A stretch of DNA of 64,000 nt from a virus. How positions within the stretch are numbered: the first letter of the stretch is position 1; each line of letters opens with the position of its first letter. The notes under the pieces were generated by a model, which saw only the letters and a program-made list of their open reading frames with translations, made no database searches and had not been told where the DNA came from. The position numbers and the translations under genes were made by a program. The stretch lies in the IMG/VR virus record IMGVR_UViG_3300045988_159685; one strand, 5' to 3'. This document shows positions 53,963 through 63,012 of the stretch, piece by piece.

Positions 53963-54064
53963 TTAAAGTATAATACCATACTTACGGCAATATTCGACGG
54001 CTTCGCCTTTTGTGACAACTCCGTCATGCAATGCCTTCAATATGGCAATAGCAAGCTTATTCAT
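53963..54064 (-). CDS. Hypothetical 33-aa protein (below cutoff)
   Basis: MNKLAIAILKALHDGVVTKGEAVEYCRKYGIIL. ATG lies 7 nt after AAGGAGG. Confidence 0.45.
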   Translation of the reverse strand: MNKLAIAILKALHDGVVTKGEAVEYCRKYGIIL

Positions 54065-54076
54065 AAAACTACCTCC

Positions 54077-54472
54077 TTACCTGTACCTAGAAAAGTGCAT
54101 TGATATACACTGGACAGCAAACTTTTCCGCCGCTGATTTACCGCCATGGCGTGGAACCTCGGCAAGTATTGACCGAGGACCCTGCTTGCCTACTTTTGGC
54201 GGATATTCTGCGGAAATATGCCTTTTTGCACACTCTTGTGCTATTTCAGAAGAATCTGGCTCAAATTTATCTTTGAACCATATTTTTGTATCGTCGTAAT
54301 ATGTATAAAAAATTACGACTCTATCTTTGTGTTTTTGCCCATGATAGACAAAATAAACGGGGCGTTTTACCCCGTCAATAATGAGTTGCCCTTGCCCATA
54401 AGCACCGCCCTTTAGGACGTGAAAACCATGAAATTTTAGCGGTTTTTGTGCTATATTTAGTGAAAATCTCAC
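54077..54472 (-). CDS. Hypothetical protein
   Basis: GTG start 7 nt after AAGGGAGG. Confidence 0.5.
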   Translation of the reverse strand: MRFSLNIAQKPLKFHGFHVLKGGAYGQGQLIIDGVKRPVYFVYHGQKHKDRVVIFYTYYDDTKIWFKDKFEPDSSEIAQECAKRHISAEYPPKVGKQGPRSILAEVPRHGGKSAAEKFAVQCISMHFSRYR

Positions 54473-54604
54473 CGTAAAACCTCCCTTTTCTGATTTTAAA
54501 GACAGATTGACCCTCAAGGGCTTTTACTAAGTGACGCCTTTTAGGTCGTTTTGAGTAAAAAGAAATTCCGCAAGGGTCAAAAAAATCCGCCTTAAAATTT
54601 GCAC

Positions 54605-54635
54605 AAAAAAAAGAGCGACAGAATAACTGTCACTC
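54605..54635 (-). terminator. Rho-independent terminator after the 54686-55435 gene
   Basis: Minus strand: GAGTGACAG-TTATT-CTGTCGCTC (9-bp stem) followed by T8. Confidence 0.8.
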
Positions 54636-54685
54636 AATGTGCGTTGGTGAGGGGCTTTTACAGATACCCCTCAGAACTGTTTAAA

Positions 54686-55435
54686 CTAAGCCTTTACTGG
54701 CTCAGCTTTTGTTGCTTCTGGCTCGGCTTTTGCCGTCTTTTTAGCTGTCTTTTTGGCCGGCTTTTTGGCTGGCTCGGCTGGCTTATCAGCCTGTGAGTCT
54801 GCAAGTTTCTTATATGTTTCAGTGGCGTCATCAAGAACCGCCTGTTTGATGGAGTTTTTGGCATAACCGAGAGCACACTCTGTCTTGCTCTCACCAAAAT
54901 TCAACTCCTTAAAGCAGAAGTTAATAAACTGATATACGCTTACAGGCTTGACAGTCCAGCCCTCAGCAATAGCCTCTCTGTTGGATCTGGCGTATTTAAA
55001 GCAGTGTGCCTCTAATGTATCTATATCTGTAGACTTGCAGTTGACTTTTACACCGAGCCATGTTTTGAGGGCTTTAAGCTCATCAAAACACTCAGACTTT
55101 GAGTCTGTCATAGCCTTAATATCGTCAGCATCTCCAGACTCCGCAGCACGGCGCTTGCAAAGTCCATAGATGGCAAGTCGTGTCTGTAGAGCTTTGAACG
55201 GTTTAAGCCAGCCCTTAAAAGTATCACTGTCGATGTCAGGTGAAAAAAGCGACTTTGAAAATGATATAGCAAAACCAAAGCCCTCAAGTACAGAGTACAT
55301 TGTGCGTATAGACTTAATATTAAGCCTCTTAATGTAGCTCTTGATGTTGTCGATCTGCTCACTTGTTGTTGCTATGACCTCTACACCGTCGCCTGTTTTT
55401 GACTCCACGAGTCTGTAATTTTCCAAAATGTTCAT
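54686..55435 (-). CDS. Hypothetical protein with histone-H1-like Lys/Ala/Pro-rich tail
   Basis: C-terminal ..DKPAEPAKKPAKKTAKKTAKAEPEATKAEPVKA. ATG at 55435 follows GGAGGG. Confidence 0.55.
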   Translation of the reverse strand: MNILENYRLVESKTGDGVEVIATTSEQIDNIKSYIKRLNIKSIRTMYSVLEGFGFAISFSKSLFSPDIDSDTFKGWLKPFKALQTRLAIYGLCKRRAAESGDADDIKAMTDSKSECFDELKALKTWLGVKVNCKSTDIDTLEAHCFKYARSNREAIAEGWTVKPVSVYQFINFCFKELNFGESKTECALGYAKNSIKQAVLDDATETYKKLADSQADKPAEPAKKPAKKTAKKTAKAEPEATKAEPVKA

Positions 55436-55634
55436 AATAGAACCCTCCAATAAAATTTAATTTTTGAGCTTTAAAGCCCTATTCAAGCCCACGAGCGACT
55501 ACTCATGAGCTTTATATAAAGCTTTAAACCGCCTTGCTTAATTCAAGACAGCTCAAAGAATTAGCCTACTTTTTTTGTGATTGAATTGTACGGCAAGCTT
55601 GCGTACTGCAAAGGCATACAGTTACCTTTACTCC

Positions 55635-55658
55635 ACGGGGCATCACGCCCGTTTTTTT
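55635..55658 (+). terminator. Plus-strand terminator-like hairpin inside the ORF-free region
   Basis: ACGGGGCATCACGCCCGT followed by T7. No annotated plus-strand gene lies upstream. Confidence 0.45.
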
Positions 55659-56603
55659 GCTCAGTCGGCTCTTGCTATTCCAACACCCTAGGGGATGCGA
55701 CTTTACTGCGCTGTCGTCAGGGTATAGCTCGCCCGTAAAAATACAGGGTCATCGCCGATACTCGCTGAAATTTCAAGCAAGGTCTGAGCTAATTCAATCT
55801 ATGCTACACTTTTAACCATGAACGGCTCAGCGGTCTGTTCTCACAGCTCACGGCTCTATCATCTCTGATAGGCATATGTGAGTGCTTTACTGCTCGAATG
55901 ATATAGTTATAGTTTTTTCAAGATACTGGAGTTTAAAGAGTTCACGCTCTATGCTACTACATATCACAGGGCTTGATATTTGCTGTGGGTCACTGTATTG
56001 TGTAACCCCTTGCCCTGTTGACAATGATAGTATAAGCTATATTGAATTAAAAGTCAATAGCTTTTTTGAAAATATTTAAAATGCAAAAATGACTTTTTAT
56101 TATAAAAAGGAAGCAAGGACTAAATGCAAGCTATTTCGATAAGCTTGCATGAGGGGGTTAATAAAAAATATTTTTGTGCCCAGAACGCCGAAGAATCAAA
56201 GAGTAACACCATCTTTCACATCCGCCCTATTTTCGCAATCTTTTCTTCCGCTCCCCTCCCCTTTTTCATCCACGCATCGTCACTTTTGCAAAAAATGCGA
56301 TTCTTTGTAATGCAAGCTTTTAGGCTTATGAACGCAAGGTTTTTTGGTGACGCCCCCGAAAGAAAGCTTGTATTTCGCACATTTGTAAACTTTTTGTGAA
56401 CGCATTTCTCAAAGGCATAAGCATTTAACGCCGACTTAATCCGCCGCCAGAAAGCGACACGCAACCGTGGCGCCGTTTCAGCCCCAACGATCAATCTGAG
56501 TCCCATCCTGCAATCGTGCGCTCAGCACGCTTCGTACTTGCGCTTAATAGATTTATGCCTTAAATATAATTGTCAAAAAACGCATAGATATTTTCTAAAA
56601 AGC

Positions 56604-56632
56604 TTGACATTTAGCCAAAAATGGTGTATAAT
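56604..56632 (+). promoter_or_regulatory. Consensus sigma-A-type promoter for the small recombinase gene
   Basis: TTGACA - 17 nt - TATAAT, about 50 nt upstream of the AAAGGAG RBS and the ATG at 56685. Confidence 0.75.
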
Positions 56633-56684
56633 ATGTATATAAGGATAAGGGTGATAAACCCCGTAGATAAAAGGAGATAGACAT

Positions 56685-57473
56685 ATGAGACATTACAAAA
56701 TCAAGCACGCCCAGCAGGTATTCAGTGGTTCGACCGCCCCAAAACTTAAGTGCAACGTTATCGACATTGGCGACGCTGTAAAACCAAAGCGACCCGAAAT
56801 TGAGAAGCGTCCACGCAACAATTCACCGTACACCTCACATGGCAAACCCAAGGCAACCCCTGGCGATCCAATTCGAGACATGGCGGATATTCAAAAGGCA
56901 AAAGAGTTCTTGCTCAACAACGGTAAGACTAGACGCATCAGACTTCGTAACTACATGTTCTTCACCCTTGGCATTTCAACGGGACTCCGTGGTGGCGACT
57001 TAGTTAAAATCAAGATTGGCGATGTGATTACTGAGGGCGGTAGATTTAAAAGCTATATCAGCTTGTTCGAGGAAAAGACCTCTAAACACAACAATCCAAA
57101 GCTTAATTCATCATGCCGTGAAGCAATCAAGACATATCTCGACTACATCGGCGACTACTCCCTTGAAGACTATCTGTTCAAATCCGAGAAAGGCGGTTGT
57201 CTTGACCAATCACAAATCTATAGAATCATTCATTCGCTTCAAACCGACCTTGGGCTACCATACCACTTGAGCGCACATAGCCTCAGAAAGACCTTTGGCT
57301 ACTGGACAATAAAGATGCACCCCGACGATTCAAGAGCTCTTGTGACACTCCAGAGAATGTTAAATCACGATTCACCCGAGACTACACTGATTTACTGCGG
57401 AATAACTCAAGACGACAAAGACGCATTCTACGATGACATGGATACACTGTTCGATGAGGCTACAACCATATAA
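56685..57473 (+). CDS. Small tyrosine recombinase (XerC/D- or invertase-sized, 262 aa)
   Basis: GLRGGDLVKIKIGDV (Arg I), HSLRKTFGYW (HxxR), LNHDSPETTLIYCG (H...Y). Confidence 0.85.
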   Translation: MRHYKIKHAQQVFSGSTAPKLKCNVIDIGDAVKPKRPEIEKRPRNNSPYTSHGKPKATPGDPIRDMADIQKAKEFLLNNGKTRRIRLRNYMFFTLGISTGLRGGDLVKIKIGDVITEGGRFKSYISLFEEKTSKHNNPKLNSSCREAIKTYLDYIGDYSLEDYLFKSEKGGCLDQSQIYRIIHSLQTDLGLPYHLSAHSLRKTFGYWTIKMHPDDSRALVTLQRMLNHDSPETTLIYCGITQDDKDAFYDDMDTLFDEATTI

Positions 57474-57833
57474 CTTCTCGCTACAGGTCTAAGACGTTTA
57501 TACGAAAGCCGACATAAGCCGGCATAAGCAACTTGACAAATCACAGTACGCTGTGCATAAAATGGGCACAAATCTCAAGCCTTGCCAAATCAAGGTTCAA
57601 TGCAGTTCTAGCCGACAGTAATTAAGCAAAGAAAATCCTGCCGCATTGAATTGGCAACAAACTTGAGTGCGTTTGTCCGAAGTGACAGGTCACTGGAGAT
57701 TAAACTCTGTCACTGGTCTTGTGAATGCAGGTACATCCATAGGTGAAAATTTGCAAGCCCCGATTTATTTGGCATAAGAAAAAAAGAAAAGAAAGAAGCA
57801 AAGAAAAGAAATAAAAGAATTATTATATATTAT

Positions 57834-57853
57834 AATATATATATATATATATA
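57834..57853. repeat. (AT)10 microsatellite within a ~50-bp pure A/T block
   Basis: Read directly. Confidence 0.9.
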
Positions 57854-57858
57854 TTAAT

Positions 57859-57890
57859 TCTTAAATCACTAGATTTATCTAGTGATTTAA
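57859..57890. repeat. Perfect inverted repeat IR-A (15-bp arms, 2-nt spacer)
   Basis: CTTAAATCACTAGAT-TT-ATCTAGTGATTTAAG. Confidence 0.9.
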
Positions 57891-57891
57891 G

Positions 57892-57951
57892 AAGAGACAA
57901 TAATCTAGTATTATAACTATTCTTGAATAATAAATATAAGATTATTGTCTC
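57892..57951. repeat. Perfect inverted repeat IR-B (14-bp arms, 32-nt AT-rich loop)
   Basis: AGAGACAATAATCT ... AGATTATTGTCTCT. Confidence 0.9.
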
Positions 57952-58044
57952 TAAAAGAAAGAATAAATAAGAAAGAAAAGAATTGAATCAATGCCAATAT
58001 CTTTCAAACCCATTTGACGGTTAAGACCAATAAAGGAGAAAGAT

Positions 58045-60768
58045 ATGGCATTAAACAAATTATACTATGTGTACGGACTTGATACTGCGTGCCTTTATAC
58101 ACCAGAGGAAAGTGCTATTGAACAAAAAATTATCAAGGCACGTTGCCTTCGAGCTACGCTCAAAGACAGAATTGCCAAACAAAAGATAACCCCTTGTCTT
58201 TGTAAAGGTAAAAAAACTATAGCAAACAAAGACAACAAAGCCCCATACGTTGGAAAACATCAGAAGCGTCTGCGTTTTCTCAACGATTACATAGCCAGTC
58301 ATAAAGCATTACTTAAGCAGGAGCTTGCCAAAAATGTATCACTCACACGAACCGTGATACCTGACAAGCTCAATATACGTCGCCAGATTTCAATATTTGG
58401 CTCTTCCCTTACAAGATATTTCAACCTAAAGGAAAGAGAGCTTAATGAAGAAATCGTGATTGTAAAAGTTTACTTCTTCGATGTCGCCAAGAGCATTGTG
58501 AAGAACGGCTTTTACATGAATGGTCACAAATACGTTTTCTTCTCAAGTAGTGCGGGGCAAATCAGAACCAAAAAGCTCGTGGCCGTTCGTGAAGATTTAC
58601 TCAACAAGTATTGGAACGCATTGACGGCAGGCTTGACAATTGAAAAGATTAATGAGCAAGGCGGCATGAATGTAAATAAATTTCTTGCCTACCTTGCTCT
58701 TTGTAATTCAGCTACTGATTTATGGTGTGACTTCAACATTGACGAGTGTATTGTAGTTGACGACTTTGAAACGCTTGTGCATGGTACGGTTGACTTTATA
58801 GACGATAAGACCTATAGGATTGAAAGACAAGAAATGAATATACCGATCACGCACACCGATGGCTGTGGAATGATACTTCCAGAACTGAGTACAAAAAATT
58901 TCATGACAAGATTGCCATGGGTCAAAGGTCTGCTAGCAAGTTTTGACTTTGTGAAGTTTATCAAGGATAATAATTGCGACCCCGTGATTACTGACGTCTA
59001 CGGCGATAAGCATAATATCCTTGAGGAAAATATCAAAATCATATTTACCAAGAGTCAGTTCAAAATGTGGAAATATTATTCAAACTGGGGTGAATATAAA
59101 AACAACTTCAAGAAATATGGAAGCACCGCAGGCAAGTGTAACATAGAAGAAGGATATATCCCATATGCAACGATCAACTACCAAATGATACAGACACTAA
59201 TTGATACCACTGACAATGAGATAGCCGCACTTGCTCGTAAGAGCATGAACGATATTCGCAATCTCGCAACCGATAAAGCAACAATGCTCAAGGTTTTCGG
59301 AGCTACAAGCTACAACAAAAATATGAACGGCTTTCAAAAATGTCTTAAGTTATATCCCGAGCTTTTATCAGACCCATATTCTCGTGCCGCCCTTAAAGAC
59401 ATCAAACATAGCCTTGAGACAGATCAGTGGGCGGCCAAATTCAAAACAAGCGGTAAATACACGTTTGTTGTTCCAGACCTTTATGCGTTCTGTGAATATT
59501 TATTCTTACATATATCAAATCCTAAAGGACTTTTAAGCAACGGTGAAGTAAGTTGCAAACTGTTCAAAGATAATATTGAGCTTGATTGTTTACGTTCGCC
59601 GCACCTCTACATCGAACATGCCATAAGAACAAATCGTCATGTTGACAGTTGGTTTAATACAGATGCAATCTATACAAGTTGTGCCGACTGTATATCGAAA
59701 GTTTTGCAGTTCGACAACGACGGTGATAAACTATTGGTGATTCCAGATGAAACACTAATAAACCTTGCTAAACGAAACTTGCAAAAGTATGACATAGTAC
59801 CGCTCTTCTATAACATGGCTAAGGCGGGGGCAAAAGAACTTACTCCCGATAGCCTGTATGATGGATTAATATGTGCCTACACTGGTGGCAATATTGGCGA
59901 AATAAGCAACGCCATTACCAAGGTTTGGAATAGCGGAGTAATCGACCAAGAAAAAATCAATGTTGTTAAATGGCTTTGTATGGAAAATAACTTCGTCATA
60001 GACTACGCCAAGACCTTGTATAAACCCGTTCGTCCTGATTGGGTAAACGAAATTATTTCTAAGCACGTCAAGAGCAGAGTTCCACATTTCTTTCAATATG
60101 CTAAAGGCAAAGAAACCAATCAAGTAGAAGAAAGAGGTTTAAACACGGTTGACAGAATTAAGTCGTTGACCCCTATACAAAAGCTTAACTTTAATTTTAA
60201 GAACGACAATGTTGGAAAGTTTGATTATAGATTTCTGCTAAAAAACAAAGAAATTGAAGTCGATGAGAATGTGCTTCAACGCTTTAGGGATATATCAAGC
60301 AATCTAAGGTTTTGTGACTCAGATGGAACGGCACTTAACTACCAAGCCGTATACGATCAAGCGAAAGAAGAAATGCTTATGCTCGGTCATAACATTGACG
60401 ATGTTGTAGATATGCTTGTAGAGGATTTATTTCACAGTAGACGTGTTGAAAAGAAAAAAGCATTTTGGGAAATGTTTGGCGAAGTTGTGTACGAACATTT
60501 GTCGAACAATTTATCACAAAATTATATCCAGTGTGCTCACTGTCAGAAAAGATTTTATCGTGAAAACTCGAAACAAATTTACTGCAACAAATGTCAAAAC
60601 AAGAAGTCCATCAAAGCAAATACCAAGATTCTTCAATGTGCAGGTTGCGGCAAAACCATAACAGTAAGTACAAGATGTCATCGTGAAGCCTACTGCCCTG
60701 AGTGTAAAATTCATGCAAGAAATGCGGCAAGACTGAGGGCGTATTATAAAAATAAGCATCTTGTGTAG
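58045..60768 (+). CDS. YonO-like single-subunit two-barrel RNA polymerase candidate (RdRP-related family) with C-terminal zinc ribbons
   Basis: 907 aa. YVFFSSSAGQIRTKKL (RdRP/YonO-type SxxQxR block), LRSPHLYIEH, QFDNDGDKLLVIPD (DxDGD metal loop). C-terminal CAHC..CNKC..CAGC..CPEC. An HU gene lies nearby, as with yonN-yonO in SPbeta. Confidence 0.55.
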   Translation: MALNKLYYVYGLDTACLYTPEESAIEQKIIKARCLRATLKDRIAKQKITPCLCKGKKTIANKDNKAPYVGKHQKRLRFLNDYIASHKALLKQELAKNVSLTRTVIPDKLNIRRQISIFGSSLTRYFNLKERELNEEIVIVKVYFFDVAKSIVKNGFYMNGHKYVFFSSSAGQIRTKKLVAVREDLLNKYWNALTAGLTIEKINEQGGMNVNKFLAYLALCNSATDLWCDFNIDECIVVDDFETLVHGTVDFIDDKTYRIERQEMNIPITHTDGCGMILPELSTKNFMTRLPWVKGLLASFDFVKFIKDNNCDPVITDVYGDKHNILEENIKIIFTKSQFKMWKYYSNWGEYKNNFKKYGSTAGKCNIEEGYIPYATINYQMIQTLIDTTDNEIAALARKSMNDIRNLATDKATMLKVFGATSYNKNMNGFQKCLKLYPELLSDPYSRAALKDIKHSLETDQWAAKFKTSGKYTFVVPDLYAFCEYLFLHISNPKGLLSNGEVSCKLFKDNIELDCLRSPHLYIEHAIRTNRHVDSWFNTDAIYTSCADCISKVLQFDNDGDKLLVIPDETLINLAKRNLQKYDIVPLFYNMAKAGAKELTPDSLYDGLICAYTGGNIGEISNAITKVWNSGVIDQEKINVVKWLCMENNFVIDYAKTLYKPVRPDWVNEIISKHVKSRVPHFFQYAKGKETNQVEERGLNTVDRIKSLTPIQKLNFNFKNDNVGKFDYRFLLKNKEIEVDENVLQRFRDISSNLRFCDSDGTALNYQAVYDQAKEEMLMLGHNIDDVVDMLVEDLFHSRRVEKKKAFWEMFGEVVYEHLSNNLSQNYIQCAHCQKRFYRENSKQIYCNKCQNKKSIKANTKILQCAGCGKTITVSTRCHREAYCPECKIHARNAARLRAYYKNKHLV

Positions 60769-60786
60769 TACAACAAAACTAAAACG

Positions 60787-60832
60787 AAATCCCCGTAAAC
60801 GACGTATCTACGTTGTTTGCGGGATTTTTTTG
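60787..60832 (+). terminator. Rho-independent terminator after the polymerase-like gene
   Basis: Long imperfect hairpin AAATCCCCGTAAACGACGTA / TACGTTGTTTGCGGGATTT followed by a T-run. Confidence 0.75.
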
Positions 60833-60983
60833 TATATAAATTTCAAAAAATTACACCCCTTATGGAGAGGAAAAGTCAATATACAAAGAACGGGCTGTCC
60901 TACGCTAGCGTTATAATCTTATCAAGTGCGCAGTTATAAGTTAGGATATATCTCCAAAAATATAGAACAAAAGGATTAGATAA

Positions 60984-61157
60984 ATGATTGAAATTAACAA
61001 GTGGGAAGAAAAACAATTAAGAAAGACCATACCGAACCTGTGCGTTGCAAGAACTGGTAAAAGTAAAAAAGCAAAGCGTGGTAAAATATATGCTGAGCCT
61101 ACACGCAAGGTGTTATCTACGCTAAAACGGATTCGTGAAGTTGACTACATCAACTAA
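60984..61157 (+). CDS. Hypothetical 57-aa basic protein (below cutoff)
   Basis: MIEINKWEEKQLRKTIPNLCVARTGKSKKAKRGK.. with a weak AAGGA RBS. Confidence 0.4.
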   Translation: MIEINKWEEKQLRKTIPNLCVARTGKSKKAKRGKIYAEPTRKVLSTLKRIREVDYIN

Positions 61158-61174
61158 GGGCAAATGGTGGATAT

Positions 61175-62362
61175 ATGAGTTATAAATATCAACGTTATGA
61201 AAATGAAAGCCCCGAAGAATTGATATTCAGGATCTGTAGTCACAAAAATGAAATTGGTACATGGAGCGACGTAGGTAGGGTGTTGAACGAATTACTTGGT
61301 GAAAACTATACCGAGTCTGCTTACCGCAAAAAATATCAGAGCTTTGAAAAAATGTTCTCAGGCAATCAGAAACTGTTTTCTGATAATGAAGAAGTCTTAT
61401 CGGAAATATCAGAGCAAAGACGTGAGCTTGAAAAAGAAAAGATTAAATTCCGTGATGAAAGAAACGCTTGGAACAAACAGAACCGCATTGCGGCAAGAAC
61501 TGAACAAAAATTAGATTATCTTGAAGAACAGCTTGTCTCCATGGGTAAAGTGAATTTTAGCAATCATACCACACCTGTAACAGTTAGAGGTAATTCAGAT
61601 TTGCTTATTACAATTAGTGATATTCACTATGGACTTAATTACAACAATTACTTTGGGACGTATAATTCTGACATATGCAAAAACTATCTTGCTAAATATC
61701 TCGAAAAGATTATAAGCATTGGATCACGTCATAAGGCAAGAAATATTCACGTCGTAATGTTAGGCGATATAATTTCTGGCTCAATACATAAGTCGATTCA
61801 AATTGCTAACCGCGAAAATGTCATAGAGCAGATTAAAGGCGTGTCTGAGTTATTGAGTTCATTCGTATATGAACTGTCGAATCATTTTGCAAAAGTCACA
61901 GTCACAAGCGTATCAGGAAATCATTCGCGTCTTGACAAAAAAGATGAAGCACTTCATGACGAAAGACTCGACGACATCGTTTCGTTCATAATGGAAAAGT
62001 CATTAAGCAATGTTGACAATATCAGTTTTCAAACTTACTACAATTTTGATACAAGCATAGCAAGTATTAAGATATGCGGCAAATTGTATTTCCTTGTACA
62101 CGGTGACTATGATACACCAAATGAGACAGGCGTAATGCGCCTATGTAGTATGGTTGGAAACATCCCGTATGCAATAATCATGGGTCATAGACATTCGGCG
62201 GCGTACAATGAAATCAACGGGATTGTTATTGTGCAAAGCGGTTGTTTGTGCGGAAGTGGCGATGACTATACGATACAAAAGCGTCTTAGTGGTTTGCCGA
62301 GTCAGACAATTTGTGTATGCTCCGAACATGGCATAGATTGTATGTACCCAGTGAAATTTTAG
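61175..62362 (+). CDS. Metallophosphoesterase with N-terminal coiled-coil region
   Basis: ISDIHYG, MLGDIISG, GNHSR, VHGD, GHRH motif series. Confidence 0.7.
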   Translation: MSYKYQRYENESPEELIFRICSHKNEIGTWSDVGRVLNELLGENYTESAYRKKYQSFEKMFSGNQKLFSDNEEVLSEISEQRRELEKEKIKFRDERNAWNKQNRIAARTEQKLDYLEEQLVSMGKVNFSNHTTPVTVRGNSDLLITISDIHYGLNYNNYFGTYNSDICKNYLAKYLEKIISIGSRHKARNIHVVMLGDIISGSIHKSIQIANRENVIEQIKGVSELLSSFVYELSNHFAKVTVTSVSGNHSRLDKKDEALHDERLDDIVSFIMEKSLSNVDNISFQTYYNFDTSIASIKICGKLYFLVHGDYDTPNETGVMRLCSMVGNIPYAIIMGHRHSAAYNEINGIVIVQSGCLCGSGDDYTIQKRLSGLPSQTICVCSEHGIDCMYPVKF

Positions 62363-62512
62363 CACACTCAATAATCTGTATGGGCAATCAAAAAAATAAA
62401 TATTCATTGAAGACTTATAATCTTCATGATTACACCAGGAACCCAACACGCCTCCTAGCAGTGCGTACCACGTTGGGTCTTTAAATTAATTTAGAATGTG
62501 AGGAAAAATAAA

Positions 62513-62791
62513 ATGGTAAAGAAAGATATTATAACAGCCGTATCAAAGAGAACTGGCTTTACAAGAGAAAATTCTGAGGCTGCTATTAATGCAGCAATTG
62601 CGGCAATCGTTGACGCTATCAAATCAAATGAGGAAGTAAGAATTATGGAGCTTGGAAAACTTGAGCCAGTTGTTAGAGCGGCACGCAATAGACATAATCC
62701 AAAGACTGGTGAGAAGATATTTGCTCCAGCCTACAAGAGTTACAGATTCAAGATGAATTCTGTGCTCAAGGATTTTGTCAGAAACAACTAA
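62513..62791 (+). CDS. hup: HU/IHF-family DNA-binding protein
   Basis: MVKKDIITAVSKRTGFTRENSEAAINAAI..RNRHNPKTGEKIFAPAYKSYRFK (beta-arm RNPxTGE). Confidence 0.85.
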   Translation: MVKKDIITAVSKRTGFTRENSEAAINAAIAAIVDAIKSNEEVRIMELGKLEPVVRAARNRHNPKTGEKIFAPAYKSYRFKMNSVLKDFVRNN

Positions 62792-62866
62792 TTATAGCAT
62801 ATTCAAATCTCCTTTTCAGTGTCTTAATATTGACAGATAGAGGACGGCAATAGTCGTCCTTTACAT

Positions 62867-62942
62867 TGCGGAGTAGAGAAAAGGTATCTCGCTTGTTTCA
62901 TAGGCAAGAGATTATTGGTTCGAGTCCAATCTCACGCAACCA
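62867..62942 (+). tRNA. tRNA-Met(CAU)-like gene with a bulged acceptor stem (possible pseudogene or att-associated copy)
   Basis: TGCGGAG TA GAGA AAAGGTA TCTC G CTTGT TTCATAG GCAAG AGATT ATTGG TTCGAGT CCAAT CTC(A)CGCA A CCA. D, anticodon and T arms fold. The acceptor needs one bulged A. Confidence 0.45.
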
Positions 62943-63012
62943 ATTGGGGTACGGTTTATGAGGTTTTGTAGACCCATAAAAACAAAACCTAAAATGAAAG
63001 AAAGGAGACGCT

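Noticed and set aside
54694-55362. Alternative-frame ORFs within 54686-55435
   Set aside because: They are out of frame with the longer ORF that has a GGAGGG RBS and a terminator. Their Pro/Ser/Arg-rich translations are typical of frame artefacts.
55882-56506. Three short ORFs (55882-56079, 56124-56399, 56216-56506) in the strand-switch region
   Set aside because: They overlap one another, none has a usable SD, and their composition is odd. I treat the region as non-coding.
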